Of a stretch of DNA of 64,000 nucleotides, positions 21,954 to 35,040 are shown in pieces (the first letter of the stretch is position 1; each line of letters begins with the position of its first letter). Position numbers and translations under genes: made by a program. The notes below the pieces were generated by a model. That model was not told the DNA's origin. It worked only from the letters and a program-made list of their open reading frames with translations, and searched no databases. The stretch comes from Cetorhinus maximus (Eukaryota): NCBI RefSeq assembly GCF_964194155.1, contig NC_135897.1:48360001-48424000 (forward strand), written 5' to 3'.

Positions 21954-23849
21954 TCAAGGTAGATTCTAGATAGAGACAAGGAATTGGCCTAAGTGAAAGA
22001 AATAAAATATATGGAGTAGGGAATTAACAATGGTGTGGTGAAATGTTCTCAGTGAAGTGCCCAGAGATTGATGATCATACGAATTAGGAGCAGGAGAATG
22101 CCATTCTGCCCCTCAATCCTACACTATGACTTGGATTCAGGCATTCAATATAAATTGATCAAATTTTCAGATTAAACTTGGAAGGATTCTAGTGAGACAG
22201 CCAAATTTACCACTTCAAAGGGAGACATAAAGTCAAGGAATGTGTGGACTGAGAGATTAAATGAAACGTAAACAAATTTAAGCTGCTGCACAGAGAGGAA
22301 AATGGGCAGGTTATGTATTCTAGGAATGTCATTACATGAACTAAGGGTGAATTGAAAGAGATCCGGGGTGTTAGTAGACCAAACTTAATAGGAGCAGCAA
22401 TCAGTTCAACAATATCAGACTGAAACTGTGCAATGTGGTCACTCTGTTCCTTGAGTGTGAGGTTTGGTTTTAGTCATCAATACTCAAGGTAAACATTCAA
22501 GCCAAGGACACAGTACAGTGAAGAACCATGGCATATTTGTAATTAAGACTCAAATAATGGGATTACTTTCAAAGCCATTTCATTATAAGGACTTGCTATA
22601 TTACACACTGGATATATTATATACATACCTTGTAATTCAAATGTGATCATAGTCATAGAAAATTTATGGCATGGAAGGAGGCCATTCGACCCATCATGTC
22701 CTTGCCTGTCTGGATGAGACAGGCCAAAAGAAGGGCCACAGGCCTAGGTCATGGTTGGGCGACAAAAAGTGGGATGTGTGGGATTAGGCATGAGGTGGGA
22801 GAGAGGGCAAGGGGCATGGAAGGCTTTGAAGTCAGCACCAGTGCAGCATCCAGGACACCTCTCTCTCTTTCTTGTCTGTCATCGAAACGCACACCACTGA
22901 ACGAAAGCAACTGCGTATGGTAGGCCCATCCCTGTCTCAAATCAACTGATATTTTTTTTTAATCCTGCGCAAAACCAGTAGCACTATTGATCTCTGATCT
23001 CTCGCTTTGTGTGTGCGATCCTTCTTACTCACTTGTTCTAGGCTGACGGAGCTGGTGCAACACGCCTATTCATCAGCATTGGCGAGGTTTTTGTGCAGAG
23101 TGAGCTTCCAGCCGCGCAAGAGGTGCCAGACACTGTTGACCAAGGTTTGAGGCACGTACCTGCAATTGCTGTTTTTATAAGAATGGTCTAAGACTTTCAG
23201 AACAGTTTAATCCTGTGCCATATCTGCAAAGTTCTATCACTGAAAAATCTATAGTAAACAGAACAGCTGCACTTGTTTAACAATCAGTCAACTTCAGGTT
23301 CTAAGATTGGTTTTCAATTAATCATATGCAGTATTAGCTTGTGATGAAGCGCCAATGAATAAAAATGGAAAAGCATTTGTAATCAATTAAATGACACATA
23401 ATCTAGCAATGATTGTAAAAATTATAGTTTTCATTGTTATAACCTATTAGAAGTTAATCATATTGGTTTAATAAATAAGCACATGACAAAATACACCCAC
23501 CTGTTAACTTGAAGAAATATAAATAAAGCAATTTTTATCCTCAATACTGATTTTTGAACATACGCTATGTTAAAAATTGCTATCACATTGCTATCAGATA
23601 CAGATCTATTTTCTGCTGAATAACCTTTCATTGTTTTGGCACCTAACAGAAGAATTAGCTTAACTCACAGTCAAAAATCAATGCACATTTTCAAAAATTG
23701 TTTTTTTTTAATTTTTTGTAGGAATAAACAACCAACAGGCAGAATTTCTAATGTTTGAGCAACGTATTTTCAATCTCCCTAAATCTTAATGAAACAATTA
23801 AATCAAGAGATCAATCTGAACAAACTCACCTCTCTTTCCAATCTGCAGT

Positions 23850-24760
23850 TCGTAGGCCCACATTTCCTGTCCCTTTAGCAAGGCATTAAGGCAATCACTT
23901 GAGGTATTCAACTGTTGGAGACGAACCATTAAGCCTTATCACTTGGACAATGGGACCCTGGTTAGGAGAGCTTCCTACGCATGATCTAATCAAATTACCT
24001 TTCAAATACACTGACAATGACCTTATTTGGATCCCCTGGGCAGTTGCCGAGAGAAGGTCATGTTACAAGACAACCCCTTGTACGTTTAAGCACCTTTGTC
24101 TCTGCAGAACTGAGGATAAGCAGCTGAGATGCTGAGAGAGAAGACCAGAATGGGTCCCTCCTGCCTCCCTCTCTCTCTAGTTTACCTTGCAAGCTTTGAA
24201 TTCTGTTTGCTGACTATCCAGAGACACCCCTGCTGCAGACAAAGACTTCTTTAAAGAACTTAACCCAGCACTACCATCTCCAGAAAAACATCCAAATCAG
24301 TCATCTACATCTTGAAATCGCAAGCGATGAGACCATCGAAGAAAAATCGCAAGACCAGCAAATTAAGCCTAAAGCCAGTTGAGTTACCAAGCTACAGACT
24401 GCATATTCCTTTTATTTTTTATGGACTTTAATCTAACCAACCTGTCCTTACCCACTCTACAATCTATTCTTGTGTGTACGTGTGTGTGCACGTGTGTGTG
24501 CCGTGAACTTCGAATGTGTGTGTGTGCAAAACTCATTGTATATTTTATTATTTTACTTAGATCGGTTTAAATATAAAAACCTTTTTCTTTGTTAAATGCA
24601 ACAAAACCTGTCCAATTGTTCTTTTATGATCACAGCGTGTAAACAGTTAAGTACTCACCAAATTGGCAAGTATATCCTTTTCAAACAAAATAAATCTGTT
24701 GCCGGCAAACGAGGAGAGGTGAGTAGCCATTCAGCCCCTCCTCATCTGATTATAATACCA
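23850..24760 (+). mobile_element. Possible old solo-LTR-like repeat
   Basis: It shares layout with 40490-40940 (TG-rich tract, aataaa, then ccatt(t)ca-cccctc end). Boundaries and class are uncertain. Confidence 0.3.
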
Positions 24761-24934
24761 GTGACTGTGAAGGAGGCTGTGATGGTGAACTTTTATGTAT
24801 CTGGTGTCTTCCAGGCTTGAGCTGGAGATTCTTGCCATGTCTCACAGTTTTCCATCCACTGTTGTGTGAGGGAGGACATTAAGGCTATTTATTCCTTGAG
24901 AGCTAACTACATTTAATTTTCTCTTGCCAAAGAA

Positions 24935-25292
24935 AAAGTTAGCATGGAGATATTGCAAGTAATTAGGAAGGCAAATAGAATGTCAGTCTTAATTGTAAAG
25001 GGGATGAAGTATATAAATAAAGAAGTCTTGCTACAACTGTGCAGGGCATTGGTGAAATTGCACCTAGAGTACTGTGTACAGTTTTGTCACCTTACTTACT
25101 TACTATATATTGCATTGGAAACAGTTCAGAGAAGGTTCACTAGCCTAATTGCAGGGATAAGGGATGATTTTTGAGGAAATGTTGAGCAGGTTGGGTATAT
25201 ACTCAGAAGAATGAGAGGTGATCTTATTGAAGCATATAACGTTCTGACGGGGCTTGACAGGATCGATGCTGAGAGAATGTTTACCCTTCTTG
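24935..25292 (+). mobile_element. CR1 LINE fragment
   Basis: IRKANRM...ALVKLHLEYCVQF...LETVQRRFT. Confidence 0.85.
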
Positions 25293-25387
25293 ACATCAAG
25301 AGCTATCACTTGCCCGGCATGCACCAAATGAAAGCCATGCTGCAACTCAATACTTGATAGAGCAGATCATTGTAATGATGAAACAAT

Positions 25388-26084
25388 GGGCGGTATTTAA
25401 TGGAGGTGACGGGGTTTCACCTGCTAGTTGGAGAGAGAGAGAGAGCAGATGAGAGCTCCACATCACCTATTTTAAGGAAGGCCCTTCGAATTAAATGCCA
25501 CTCAGGCACTTAACAGGATAGAAGTGGCTCTCCCCTGGGATCAGGAACCCCAAGGGAGGGAGGTCACCGGCGGAAGTCCTGCTCGGCAAGAACTGCCTGC
25601 CAGTCAGAGGCTGATAATTCTATTGAATGGCAATGCAACTGGGGAGGTGGTAGCTGCTGCTGGTATGGCACCCATCCAAGGCTTGGGATGTGAATGGACC
25701 CACGCTATAGGTGAGTGATGGCAGGAAGGGGATCGCAGGGTGGGTGTTGTGGGGTGTGGGGTGGGTAGGAGGATCATCAGGAAGGACAGGGATTGGTTCT
25801 CACAATGGTGTATCCCTTGATCAGGCACTGAGTGCCTTTGGACGAGAGATCTCTCCTGGAAGTCTGCAAGCCACATCGCACGGGTTAATACCAGCAGCAT
25901 TAATTGCCCACTTAAGGACCTCAACTGGCAACGGGATGGGAAGGCTGTCCACAGGCCTTCCCTCCATGGATTTAATCGGGGGGAGGCAAGAAGGTGATGG
26001 GCTCCAGCCTGCCACCCTCTTCCCTGATTATATGCCCTCCCCGCCACCAAACTCGCTAGAGGGGAGGACATTAAATTTTCACTC
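25388..26084 (+). mobile_element. Harbinger-type MITE, family B
   Basis: TSD aat at 25385-25387 and 26085-26087. Homologous in reverse orientation to 60413-61058. Confidence 0.75.
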
Positions 26085-27489
26085 AATGATGGACAGCTTT
26101 AAAGGAGCCCTGCAGTATTCAGCAGAGCATGTGTCAATGTTCGTGGTGGACTGCTGCATGCTGCACAACCTGGCCATCATGAAGGAATAGCCCTTACTAC
26201 CAGCTATATAGCGAGCAGCTCAGGAACAGGAGCATGATAAGAGAGGGGGAAGAGAACGAGGAAATGAAAGTGAGGACCTGGACAGCCCCTTTCTACCCAG
26301 CTGTCCATGAAGAACTTATGCGACTGCAACACCAGTAACCTCAACCCCATTTCCCCATTCACTAACATTCCCACATCTTACCTTTCCTCTCTCACTGACC
26401 ATCACAGTATCGTCTTGGCCACAATGCAAAAATAAAAAGCACCAATAATAACAATTTCAAACCAAATTTATAAATGAAATCATGCCATTTTGCATCCAAA
26501 ATCAACTAATCAATTACCCTTGTGTATTCTCTTACTGCCTGTCTATCGTGTACCTTTGTCTGCACTTGTGCTCCTACGCAGTGCTGCCCAAGTGACTGCA
26601 GCATAGCCGGTGGAAGACTGTTGACTTTCAGTGGAGGAGACTGCAGATGACCTTGGAGGACGACCTTGAGCAGCTTTGATCCTAAATAGCCCAGCCGTGA
26701 CTGCACTATCTCAGCATGGGCAGCAGCATTTCAGGCTGGCTGGCTGACAAGCAACAGCAAGGGTACTGGCAGAGTGACAAGAATGGGAGGATGAATGCTG
26801 TATTCCTGAGAGAGAACAGAAAATTCCAGTTCCATTGAACCACTGGCACTCCCCCAGGATGATGCCTCAGCAATCCTAATAATCTGTTGGAGGATCGATT
26901 GCTGGACCACTGTGACACTCTGGATGCCCCTTGAACACCGGTATCCACAGCCATGATGACAGCAGTCTGAGCTGACATAATAGCAAGCTGACCTCCATGA
27001 CAGCAGTCTGAGCTTCCACTGCTGTGCTCAGATGTTGAGCGGCTGCTGCTTGCATTGCAATAGAAGCTGTGATGTGGCCATCAGAGGTGACCATCCATTC
27101 CACGTTGGAAAGGATGGGCTCCAAGCTCTACGTACAGGCCTGTACCTAGTTGGTACCAGACTCCTCCATATTCCTTAAGATTGATCGCAGGCTTTCTGGC
27201 AGGCTTCCCGGGGTGCCTCCCAGTTCACCAAGCATTTTGTTGTGCACACCTATTAGCGTTCTTTTATAGTCTGCCCATTGAGGTCCGCACCTGCGCCCTC
27301 TGAGCAGAGGCCGCATGTAACTTCGCCCTCGAGCAAGCTGGCATCTGTGTTATTCTTGCTCCGACTGCAGCCCACTCATGCCGTGTGTCTCACCACCTGC
27401 AGATCCTGCCTCTTATCTATCCTCTAAGCTGCACAGAGTGTTAGTTTCCAAGCTGGTGGCCGCAAGTGTGAAATGAACTACGTACAAAC

Positions 27490-27876
27490 ACACATCCGAA
27501 TTAGGAGCAGGAGTAGGCCACTCAGCTCTTTTGAGCCTGCTCTGCCATTCAATAAAATCATGGCGGATCTGATTTTAACCTCAACTTCACATTCCTGCCT
27601 ACTCCCGATAACCTTTCATCCCCTTGTTTATCAAGGATCTATTTACCTCTGCCTTAAAGATATTCAAGGACTCTCCCTCAACCACCTTTTCCGGAAGAGA
27701 ATTCCAAAGCCTCAAAACTCTCCAAGAGAAATTTTTTTTCCTCATCTCTGTCCTATATGGGTAACCCCTTATTTTCAAACAGTGACCCCAAATTCTAGAT
27801 CTTCCCACAAGAGGAAACATCCTTTCCACACCCACCCTGTCAAGTTCCCTCTGAATCTTATGTGTTTCAATCAAGT
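27490..27876 (-). mobile_element. CR1 LINE 3' fragment
   Basis: LIETHKI...RMFPLVG...LWNSLPEKVV. Confidence 0.88.
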
Positions 27877-28250
27877 AATGTTTTTGTGCCTTCATTATCA
27901 CTCTCTTCTTCATGCTCCTGCACCTCCAGGGAAGGTTATACCTCTTGGGCATCTGAAAGGAAAAAGGCACAAGGATAAGGCTGTGATGTAAGAAATTGGG
28001 GGGGTGGAGGGGGTGAAGGATCGTGGATGTAAGAGGTACATGCTTACACCATCTGCAGATGGTAAATCAGAAGAGAGTCTGGGATGAAGTGAATTGCATG
28101 AGACAGAGGATTAGGAATGAGTGTAGTATCACCATCAATAGTTTCAGCGTGGTTGCTGGCCATTGCCTCAGCAATGGACATCCCAATAATGGCCAGCACT
28201 GTCTTTCCCATGGGGATAAGGACCGTCAAGTGTAGCTGTCCCCTTCTGTA

Positions 28251-28978
28251 ATTTTTTTAAAAATTCATTCTAGGGATGTGAGTGTCGCTGGCTAGGCCAG
28301 CATTTATTGCCCATCCCTAACTGCCCTTGAGCAGGTGCTGCTGCGCCACCTTCTTGAACTGCTGCAGTTCATCTGGTGCAGGTACACCCACAGTGCTGTT
28401 GGGGAGGGAGTTCCAGTATTTTGATCCAGTGACACTGAAAGAACAGCAAAATATTTCCAAGTCAAGAAGGTATGTGGCTTAGAGGGGAACTTGCAGGTGG
28501 CCATATTCCCATGTGCCTGCTGCCCTTGTCCTTCTATGTAGATATTGCGGGTTTGGAAGGTGCTGTAGAAGGAGCCATGGTGAGTTGCTGCAGTGCATCT
28601 TGTAGATGGTACACACTGCAACCACTGTGCATCAGTGGTGGAGGGTGTGAATGTTTAAGGTGGTGGATGGGGTGCTGATCAAGCAGGCTGCCTTGTCCTG
28701 GATGACATTGAGCCTATTGCGTGTTGGAGTTGCACTCATCCAGATTAATGGAGAGTATTCCATCACAATCCTAACTTGTGCCTTATAGATAGTGGGCAGG
28801 CTTTGGGGAGTCAGGAGGTAAGTTACTTGACACAGAATTCCCAGCCTCTGACCTGCTCTTTTAGTCACAGTATTTATATCCTGGTCCAGTTAAGTTTCTG
28901 GTCAGTGGTAACCTCCTTGCCCCCAGGATGTTGATGGGTGGGGGATTCAGCAATGGCACTGCCATCGAATGTCAAGGG
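28251..28978 (-). mobile_element. LINE 3' fragment (family of 10449-12678)
   Basis: RAGQRLGIL...IYKAQVRIVMEYSPL and the same 3' tail. Confidence 0.88.
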
Positions 28979-30079
28979 TTATGTCCTGCTGCTTCCAGTT
29001 GTGCATCGCCTTGTCCTGAAAGAGATAGGGAAATGTGTCAGTGAGTATCATGCATGTGTTTTGCTGATGTGGCTGTCACAGTTGAATAGTTGCAGTGTGT
29101 GCAACCTGTGAAATGTGAGTGTGAGTCTTGCAGCAGCACTAAGTGTGGGAGGTTAAGGTGAAGCATATAATGTTCAGTGTGAGGCCTAATTGATGGAAAT
29201 TGTTGGTAGATGAGGTGAATTGAGCTTTGTCCGGGCCTAGTTTTGCAATTGGTAGGGTATGGCATTTGAAGATGTGTTCATTGACATTGACCACTTGTGT
29301 AAGGTCATTGAACTTAAAGCGGTACTGCATTCAGGTCCACAGTGCTTGACTCCTGGCATTGACCTCTATGGTTATCTACTTCCACACCTTTTGACTATGT
29401 GTCTAGAGGGTCTCCTGCTTCCCTCTGGATATAGGACTTTTCTCCTCCTTTCCATCTTCTCCATAATGACCTTCAGTGTGGTGCTCATAAAGTTTGGAAC
29501 CCATTTTCTTCCCTGTTGTGCCATTCCTCACTTTTTCCCAGGCCAGATTCTCTTCAACTATGTCTCCCAGCACTTCCTCTAGCCACAATACACTTTCATT
29601 TTAGGCAGTGGAGGATAGCTCGAAGTAGTGCTAGCCCCACACAATATTGGTCCCCTGTTGATGCGTGCAGCCAATGAACAGTACAGTGAATACTGGCTGG
29701 ACAGAGATCAGTCAAATAAGCAGGCAGCATAAAGCTGTCATGCTGACTGCATTAAATCCAAGGCTCCAGGTTAATCGTTCAACATGGTACAATGCTCGTT
29801 TTCAGGGGTGATCTAATTTAGCCTCTTATCAAGTCTTCAAGAATTCAGCCATTTAAACAAGGAAGAGTCTGGGTTTGGTCCATCATCTTTGGGATAAGTT
29901 AATTGTCTGTTGGTAGGAGAGCTTTCATCTGTTGGCAACCTGTTTCTCACCTAAAAACAAATGGATAATCAGCAATTGAAAACATGATGGGGACTTTGTG
30001 CACTCATCTGCCTGCCTGAATATACTTTCTGGCAGAACCTTAAATGGGTGCCCAGCAACCTTGTTAAAGAAGGTGAGAG

Positions 30080-30196
30080 TCTGAAATAAAAGCACAAAAT
30101 GCTGGAAATAGGCAGCAGGTCAGGCAGAGAAGCACAGAGAAACATATAGAGAGAAACACAGTTAACATTTCAGGTCAGTGACCTTTCATCAGAGAG
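30080..30196 (-). mobile_element. PLE pLTR fragment with canonical CUGAUGA hammerhead core
   Basis: The minus strand reads CTGATGA-a-aggtc-act-gacct-GAAAT-GTT-aactg (30159-30192). The 5' strand of stem I appears lost. Confidence 0.7.
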
Positions 30197-30746
30197 ACAG
30201 GTCGGAATCTGTTTAGTTGTGCAAATCAGAGTCCTACGCATGTTGTCCTATTTCTCCCAAAGTTGAAAGACCTAACCGATTCCTCCATGCCTTACTAATA
30301 TCTTCTGACTATAAGCTGGTCCATTCTCGTCTAATGCCACCTGCCCCACCACCCCCTCCCCCACCCCCACCCCCACCCCAAAAAGACTAACTAGCCAACC
30401 AAGTGAACAGATTACAGTTACTGCAGCTTGCTTGTAAAATGTAAATAAGGCCTGAACCTGAAAGTGGGTCAGGCCTCCTGACTGCTGCATTGGGCAATTG
30501 CTAGAGTTGCGTTGTAGAATATTGCTGCCATTTGTCACCCAAACCAAAAGTTCTTTCCCAGAACCCTGATCTTAGCCAGACCAATGATGAGAGCAGTGTA
30601 ATCAGCCTTATATCATTAATTTAAAAAGTAGAAAACAGTGAATTCCAACCTCTGAGCACTATCTTATGACTGCTGGCTGGAAAGTGCATGCAGATGTACT
30701 TCCTAGCACAATAAAGACACACTCAGAACAATCACAAGAATGTTTA

Positions 30747-31288
30747 ACAAAAACAGAATTACCTGGAAAAACTCAGCAGGTCTGGCAGCATTGGCGGAGA
30801 AGAAAAGAGTTGACGTTTTGAGTCCTCATGACCCTTCAGCAGAACTGAGTAAAGTTAGGAGAGGCGTGAAATATAAGCTGGTTTAAGGTGTGGGGGTGGG
30901 GGTGGGGGGAGAGAAGTTGAGGGGGGGGTGGTTGTAGGGACAAGCAAGCAGTGATAGGAACAGATAATCAAAAGATGTCACAGACAAAAGGAACAAAGGG
31001 GTGTTGAAGGTGGTGATATTATCTAAGAAAATGTGCTAATTAAGAATGGATGGCAGGACACTCAAGGTACAGCTCTAGTGGGGTGGAAAGACTAACAGGG
31101 TATTACAGTTATAGATTTAAAAATAATGGAAATAGTTGGGAAAAGAAAAATCTATATAAATTATTGGAAAAAACAAAAGGGAGGGGGAAGAAACAGAAAG
31201 GGGGTGGGGATGGGGGAGGGAGTTTAAGATCTAAAGTTGTTGAATTCAATATTCAGCCCGGAAGGCTGTAAAGTGCCTAGTAAAATGC
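30747..31288 (-). mobile_element. 5'-truncated PLE (ORF end + pLTR)
   Basis: Encodes LGTLQPSGLNIEFNNFRS*. A 12-bp TSD caagaatgttta lies at 30735-30746 and 31289-31300. HHR-like motif at 30808-30846. Confidence 0.88.
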
Positions 31289-31700
31289 CAAGAATGTTTA
31301 CTTCCTCCTGACTTGATTACTGGCAGCTGATTCTCACCTAGTCACTGTGCCATTTTTATGCAAGCCTCAAATTCTTTGTCTTCAGCTCCTTCCAGGCTGT
31401 CATAAGGTATTTCAGTTCTATCAGTCAATTTGCAGTTCATGCTTGCATTAAGCAGGTGACTAATACCATGTTTGCTAAAACAAATACTTACATCATGTTC
31501 CCCACGGGCATCCAGAAACAGCAAGTTAGGGCTTCATGTTTGTTCAGGTTGCTTCCGCCAAATGCAGAGCCTTGCTGACGTAAGAGGTTTCATTGCCAGG
31601 CAATAAATTTCGGATGAGGAGATACTTAATGCGGAGGTATCAGGACAATTTATTAAGCAACAAAAGTTATGCTTAACAAACAAAGACAGTTGATACCCTA

Positions 31701-31802
31701 GGGTGGAATTTTACAGTCCCACCAAAGCCAATAGAGTTTAGAATGAATTGCTGCATTTTACGGCCCCATCCCCGCTACAACGGGGCCGTAAAATTCCTGC
31801 CC
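31701..31802. mobile_element. ~100-bp mini-MITE with Harbinger-like TIRs
   Basis: gggtggaattttac...gtaaaattcctgccc, with ccctaggg at both junctions. Confidence 0.55.
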
Positions 31803-33094
31803 TAGGGTTTGAATAGCTCTTGCTTCCCACTGATGCTAGTGGCGATAGACTGCCTGTGACTTCTTCCTCTTTCTCTCCCTATGTCTTCAAATCTGCTCAC
31901 TGGACCTGTATTCACAGTCTGAATTTATCCTCTGCAGCCAAGGCTCATGCTGTGTTCTAATATTGCTATCATACTTTTGATTTTGTTATTCCATTTGTCA
32001 ACGGCCATGAACCCGTGAACAGGATATCCTCAAAACTTAAACTGTCCATCGTTAATATTTTCCTGTATAACCATTTGACAGACTTAATAACTTACACTCA
32101 TTTAGTTATACCCCAAAGTCCATGATCATACATTTCAAAGTATATCTCTTGTGAACATCTGTCCTACTTGCCTTTTGCTATTCACACTTTCAATTTGCGT
32201 TACAGTGTGACTTCAATTTGACTTGTCACACAGGCCAAATACCCTTCACGTTACAGTGTGATTTGGATTTGACCCAAGCCACACAGGCCATATGTTCTAA
32301 GCATATAAACCTTTCATCTACCAGGAACTGCAAAATACAAAATACATGAAATAATTCATAGCACAAATTATAAAAAGTACAATAAGGAACACATTTCCTA
32401 CATCACCCTGTGGGCTCCTAATTCACATTACCTTCTGCCTTCCTAAATTTCAAAGCTGTCAACTGCATTATACATGCAACTCATGTGTGATCACCAGCAG
32501 TGCATCATGCAGGTCTGTGCCCACATCCCCTGCAGCTGCCGCAATTCTTTTTCTCCTGTACAGAGAGAGAGAGGTTGGTTAACTTGGAGACAGGCTTAAA
32601 TCTTAACTCCTCTTAGGAATCCACGCTCAGTGGCTGAACTGCTTTACAGTCAGATCTATTGCTTTGAACCCTGATCAAGTAGAACATTGACATCCTCAAG
32701 CAACAGTTCAAATAATTAGACAGGATTGGTGATTTCTTGCAATACAGTCCAGCAAAGTGTGTTCTGTCTGATTTCTTTTATTCATCTTAGGAATGTAAGT
32801 AACTCAGCAATGGTGAGATTTATTGCCCATCCCTAATTGTCCTTCAAAGGTAGTGATAGACTTTCTTCTTGAACCATTGCACAGTTTCATAAAAGTGAAA
32901 GGCTTCCTAACAATTCACAAGACAGTTAAGAATCAGCCCCCTTGGTGTGAGCCTGCAGTCGCATGAAGGAGGCAGGTTTCCTTCCCTAAAGGACACCAGG
33001 GAACCAGTTGGGCTTTTATGACAATTCAGTGTCACGTTTGCCGATACCAACTTCGTATTTTCAGATTTTAAAAAATTGAACTCAAATTCTCAAA

Positions 33095-34813
33095 TCACTG
33101 TAATTCCTGACGCCAACCAGTCAGGTGCCAGGAAGGGTTGCACATGAGCACTCAGCTTGAACTGCGGCTGCCAGCATGAGTGGTTTTCTTCATCACTGAC
33201 ATCATTGGCTCATCAGCCAATGCCAGTACTGGTTTGCGCCTGTATGAATGGCAACATCGCTCACTCAGCCACTCTCTCTGGCGCACAGATCACTCCGCCT
33301 CCGCCCCTTGCTGCCTGCAGCTCAGGAGCCATCCTGTCCGCTGCTGGCCTGCTCCCTCTGATTCCCTGAGCTCTCGTCGCCCCTCTCCTCTACCCTCACC
33401 AATGCTCTCCCACACCCTCACTATCCTTCTCCTGCACCCTCTCCTGTGCCCTCCCCTGTGCCCTCACTGCCCCTCTCCCACACCCTCACCGCCCTCTCCC
33501 ATGCCCACGCTGCCCCTGCCTGCACCCTCGCTGCCTCTGTCCCAAGCCCTCTCCTGTACCCTCACTACCCATTTCCCACACCATCGCGCCCATGCTGCCT
33601 ATCTCCCACGCCCTTGCTGCCCCTCTCTCGTGCCCTAACCACCCCTCTCCCGCTCCCTTGCCGTGTGGTGTTCCAGTCTCCAGCCTTTATGAGCCACGGT
33701 CAATCATCTCCGCTTCGCTCCCCTGGGACTCAGCACATCGCTCTCTAACCAAACAGATATGCTCCTTCCCTCCTCCTTTCTCTGTTGCACTAATGGTATG
33801 CAGAAAGGGACTGTGCAGTAATGATATGTTCCTCAACAGTGCACTGGGTTTAACATTGCCTGAGTAAGAAATACATCCACTGATTAAAACACTTGGGGCA
33901 GAATTTTGCCCTTGATGGGCAGGCGGGCCCCACCAGCTTGGTGGCGGGCGGGCAGCTGATTGCCACCATTGAAACGGGCCCCGCCGCCATTTTGAGTGGG
34001 CGGGCCAATTAAGGCCCACCCAGTGGGCCGCCCGACAGGAAGCGCTATGCGCGGGAGGGGAGGGATTCCCCAACTGTCAAAGCACACTTTTGCGCATGCA
34101 CGTGAAAGAGCGCATATCTCCCTGAGACTAAGTGCTGTCTCAGGGAGAGCGCTGAAAGTTTTATAAACCTAAAAAATAGAAAAATAAAAAAAATTATTAG
34201 CATGTCCCCCTCATGTGACAATGTCACACGAGATGGGACATGTTAATAAATATCACATAAACTTTATTAAAGTTTTTTTAAAACAGACATGAAACCTCAT
34301 CCCGCCGGTGGGTGAGGTTTCATGTTTTTTCAGAAGCCCGCTGGGTCTCCTGGCCTGCCCGCCGGCCTTAAGGTTGGATGGGCAGGGCCTTTAGTTGGCT
34401 TAATTATCCTGTCAATGGCCTCAATGGGCCATTGACAGGTCAGCGGGCGGACAGCTGATTGCGCTGTCCACCCGCCTTCCTGAATATTTAAATGGGGCGG
34501 GATGACGTCGGGGGTTTCCCCCAACATCATCCTGCGTCATTTTCGCGTCGGCAAGCAGGTCCCACCCACAGCTCGCCGACGGAAAAATTCTGCCCTTGGA
34601 CTTCTGACGTATGGTAGCCAAAATTTCAGCACAACATGTAACAAGGTACTAGCACACATCACTGAAACTGTTGAAAGAAAGAACTTGTTTTTCCTAGTTA
34701 TTCCCATCTTTGATACAGGCAGCCGGGACCTCACTGGCTTTGATGTCATGGGCAGTACAACTACATGTGCAGGAAGTGCACCCTCTGCAGTTGCAACATC
34801 ACCAAACTCAGCC
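33095..34813 (-). repeat. Inverted, diverged paralogue of the 5640-13080 region (minus its later insertions)
   Basis: Collinear shared anchors: aaggctgagtttggtgatg, aggaaaaacaagt, tgctagtacc, gtcagaagtcYaagtgttttaa, caatgttaaacccagtgcactg, tactgcacagYccct, gatgtgctgagWccca, ggagcagRccagc, cagcaagRggcggag, ccaatgaYgtca. Confidence 0.8.
33896..34595 (-). mobile_element. Harbinger-type MITE, family A
   Basis: TIR gggcagaatttt / aaaattctgccc; TSD ttg at 33893-33895 and 34596-34598. Confidence 0.92.
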
Positions 34814-34917
34814 TTCTCAAACTGTCCGAGTGGAATTTGAATTTATGTTCTCTGGATTATTCATCCCAGTTACTGGATTACTAGCTCAGTTGCATAAACA
34901 CCGCACTACGGTACACA

Positions 34918-35040
34918 AAATATTGGCTTGCTGTGTGCTGCATAACTTTGCTCTCTAACAATACATAAAGATAAGGACCTTCATCATGATAAAGGAGAGG
35001 ACACTGATAATATAGAGAACAGTGAAGGAGTGGAAGTGCT
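34918..35040 (+). pseudogene. Harbinger transposase C-terminal remnant
   Basis: ILACCVLHNFAL motif. Confidence 0.45.

Larger units (their letters stand above)
25305..29800. mobile_element. Highly decayed two-gene Harbinger element with nested insertions
   Basis: The + strand has the transposase C-terminus NESHAATQYLIEQ [MITE] ...GALQYSAEHVSMFVVDCCMLHNLAI (to 26190). The - strand has a convergent Myb-like remnant QYRFKFNDLTQVV near 29290-29330. It is interrupted by a MITE, a CR1 and a LINE. Boundaries are approximate. Confidence 0.65.

Noticed and set aside
23013-23160. Exon-like segment with splice-like signals on both strands
   Set aside because: Minus-strand frames all hit stops and the plus-strand peptides are unrecognised, so support is insufficient.
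33180-33867. Pro/Leu-rich ORFs
   Set aside because: C-rich degenerate tandem sequence, not a credible coding region.
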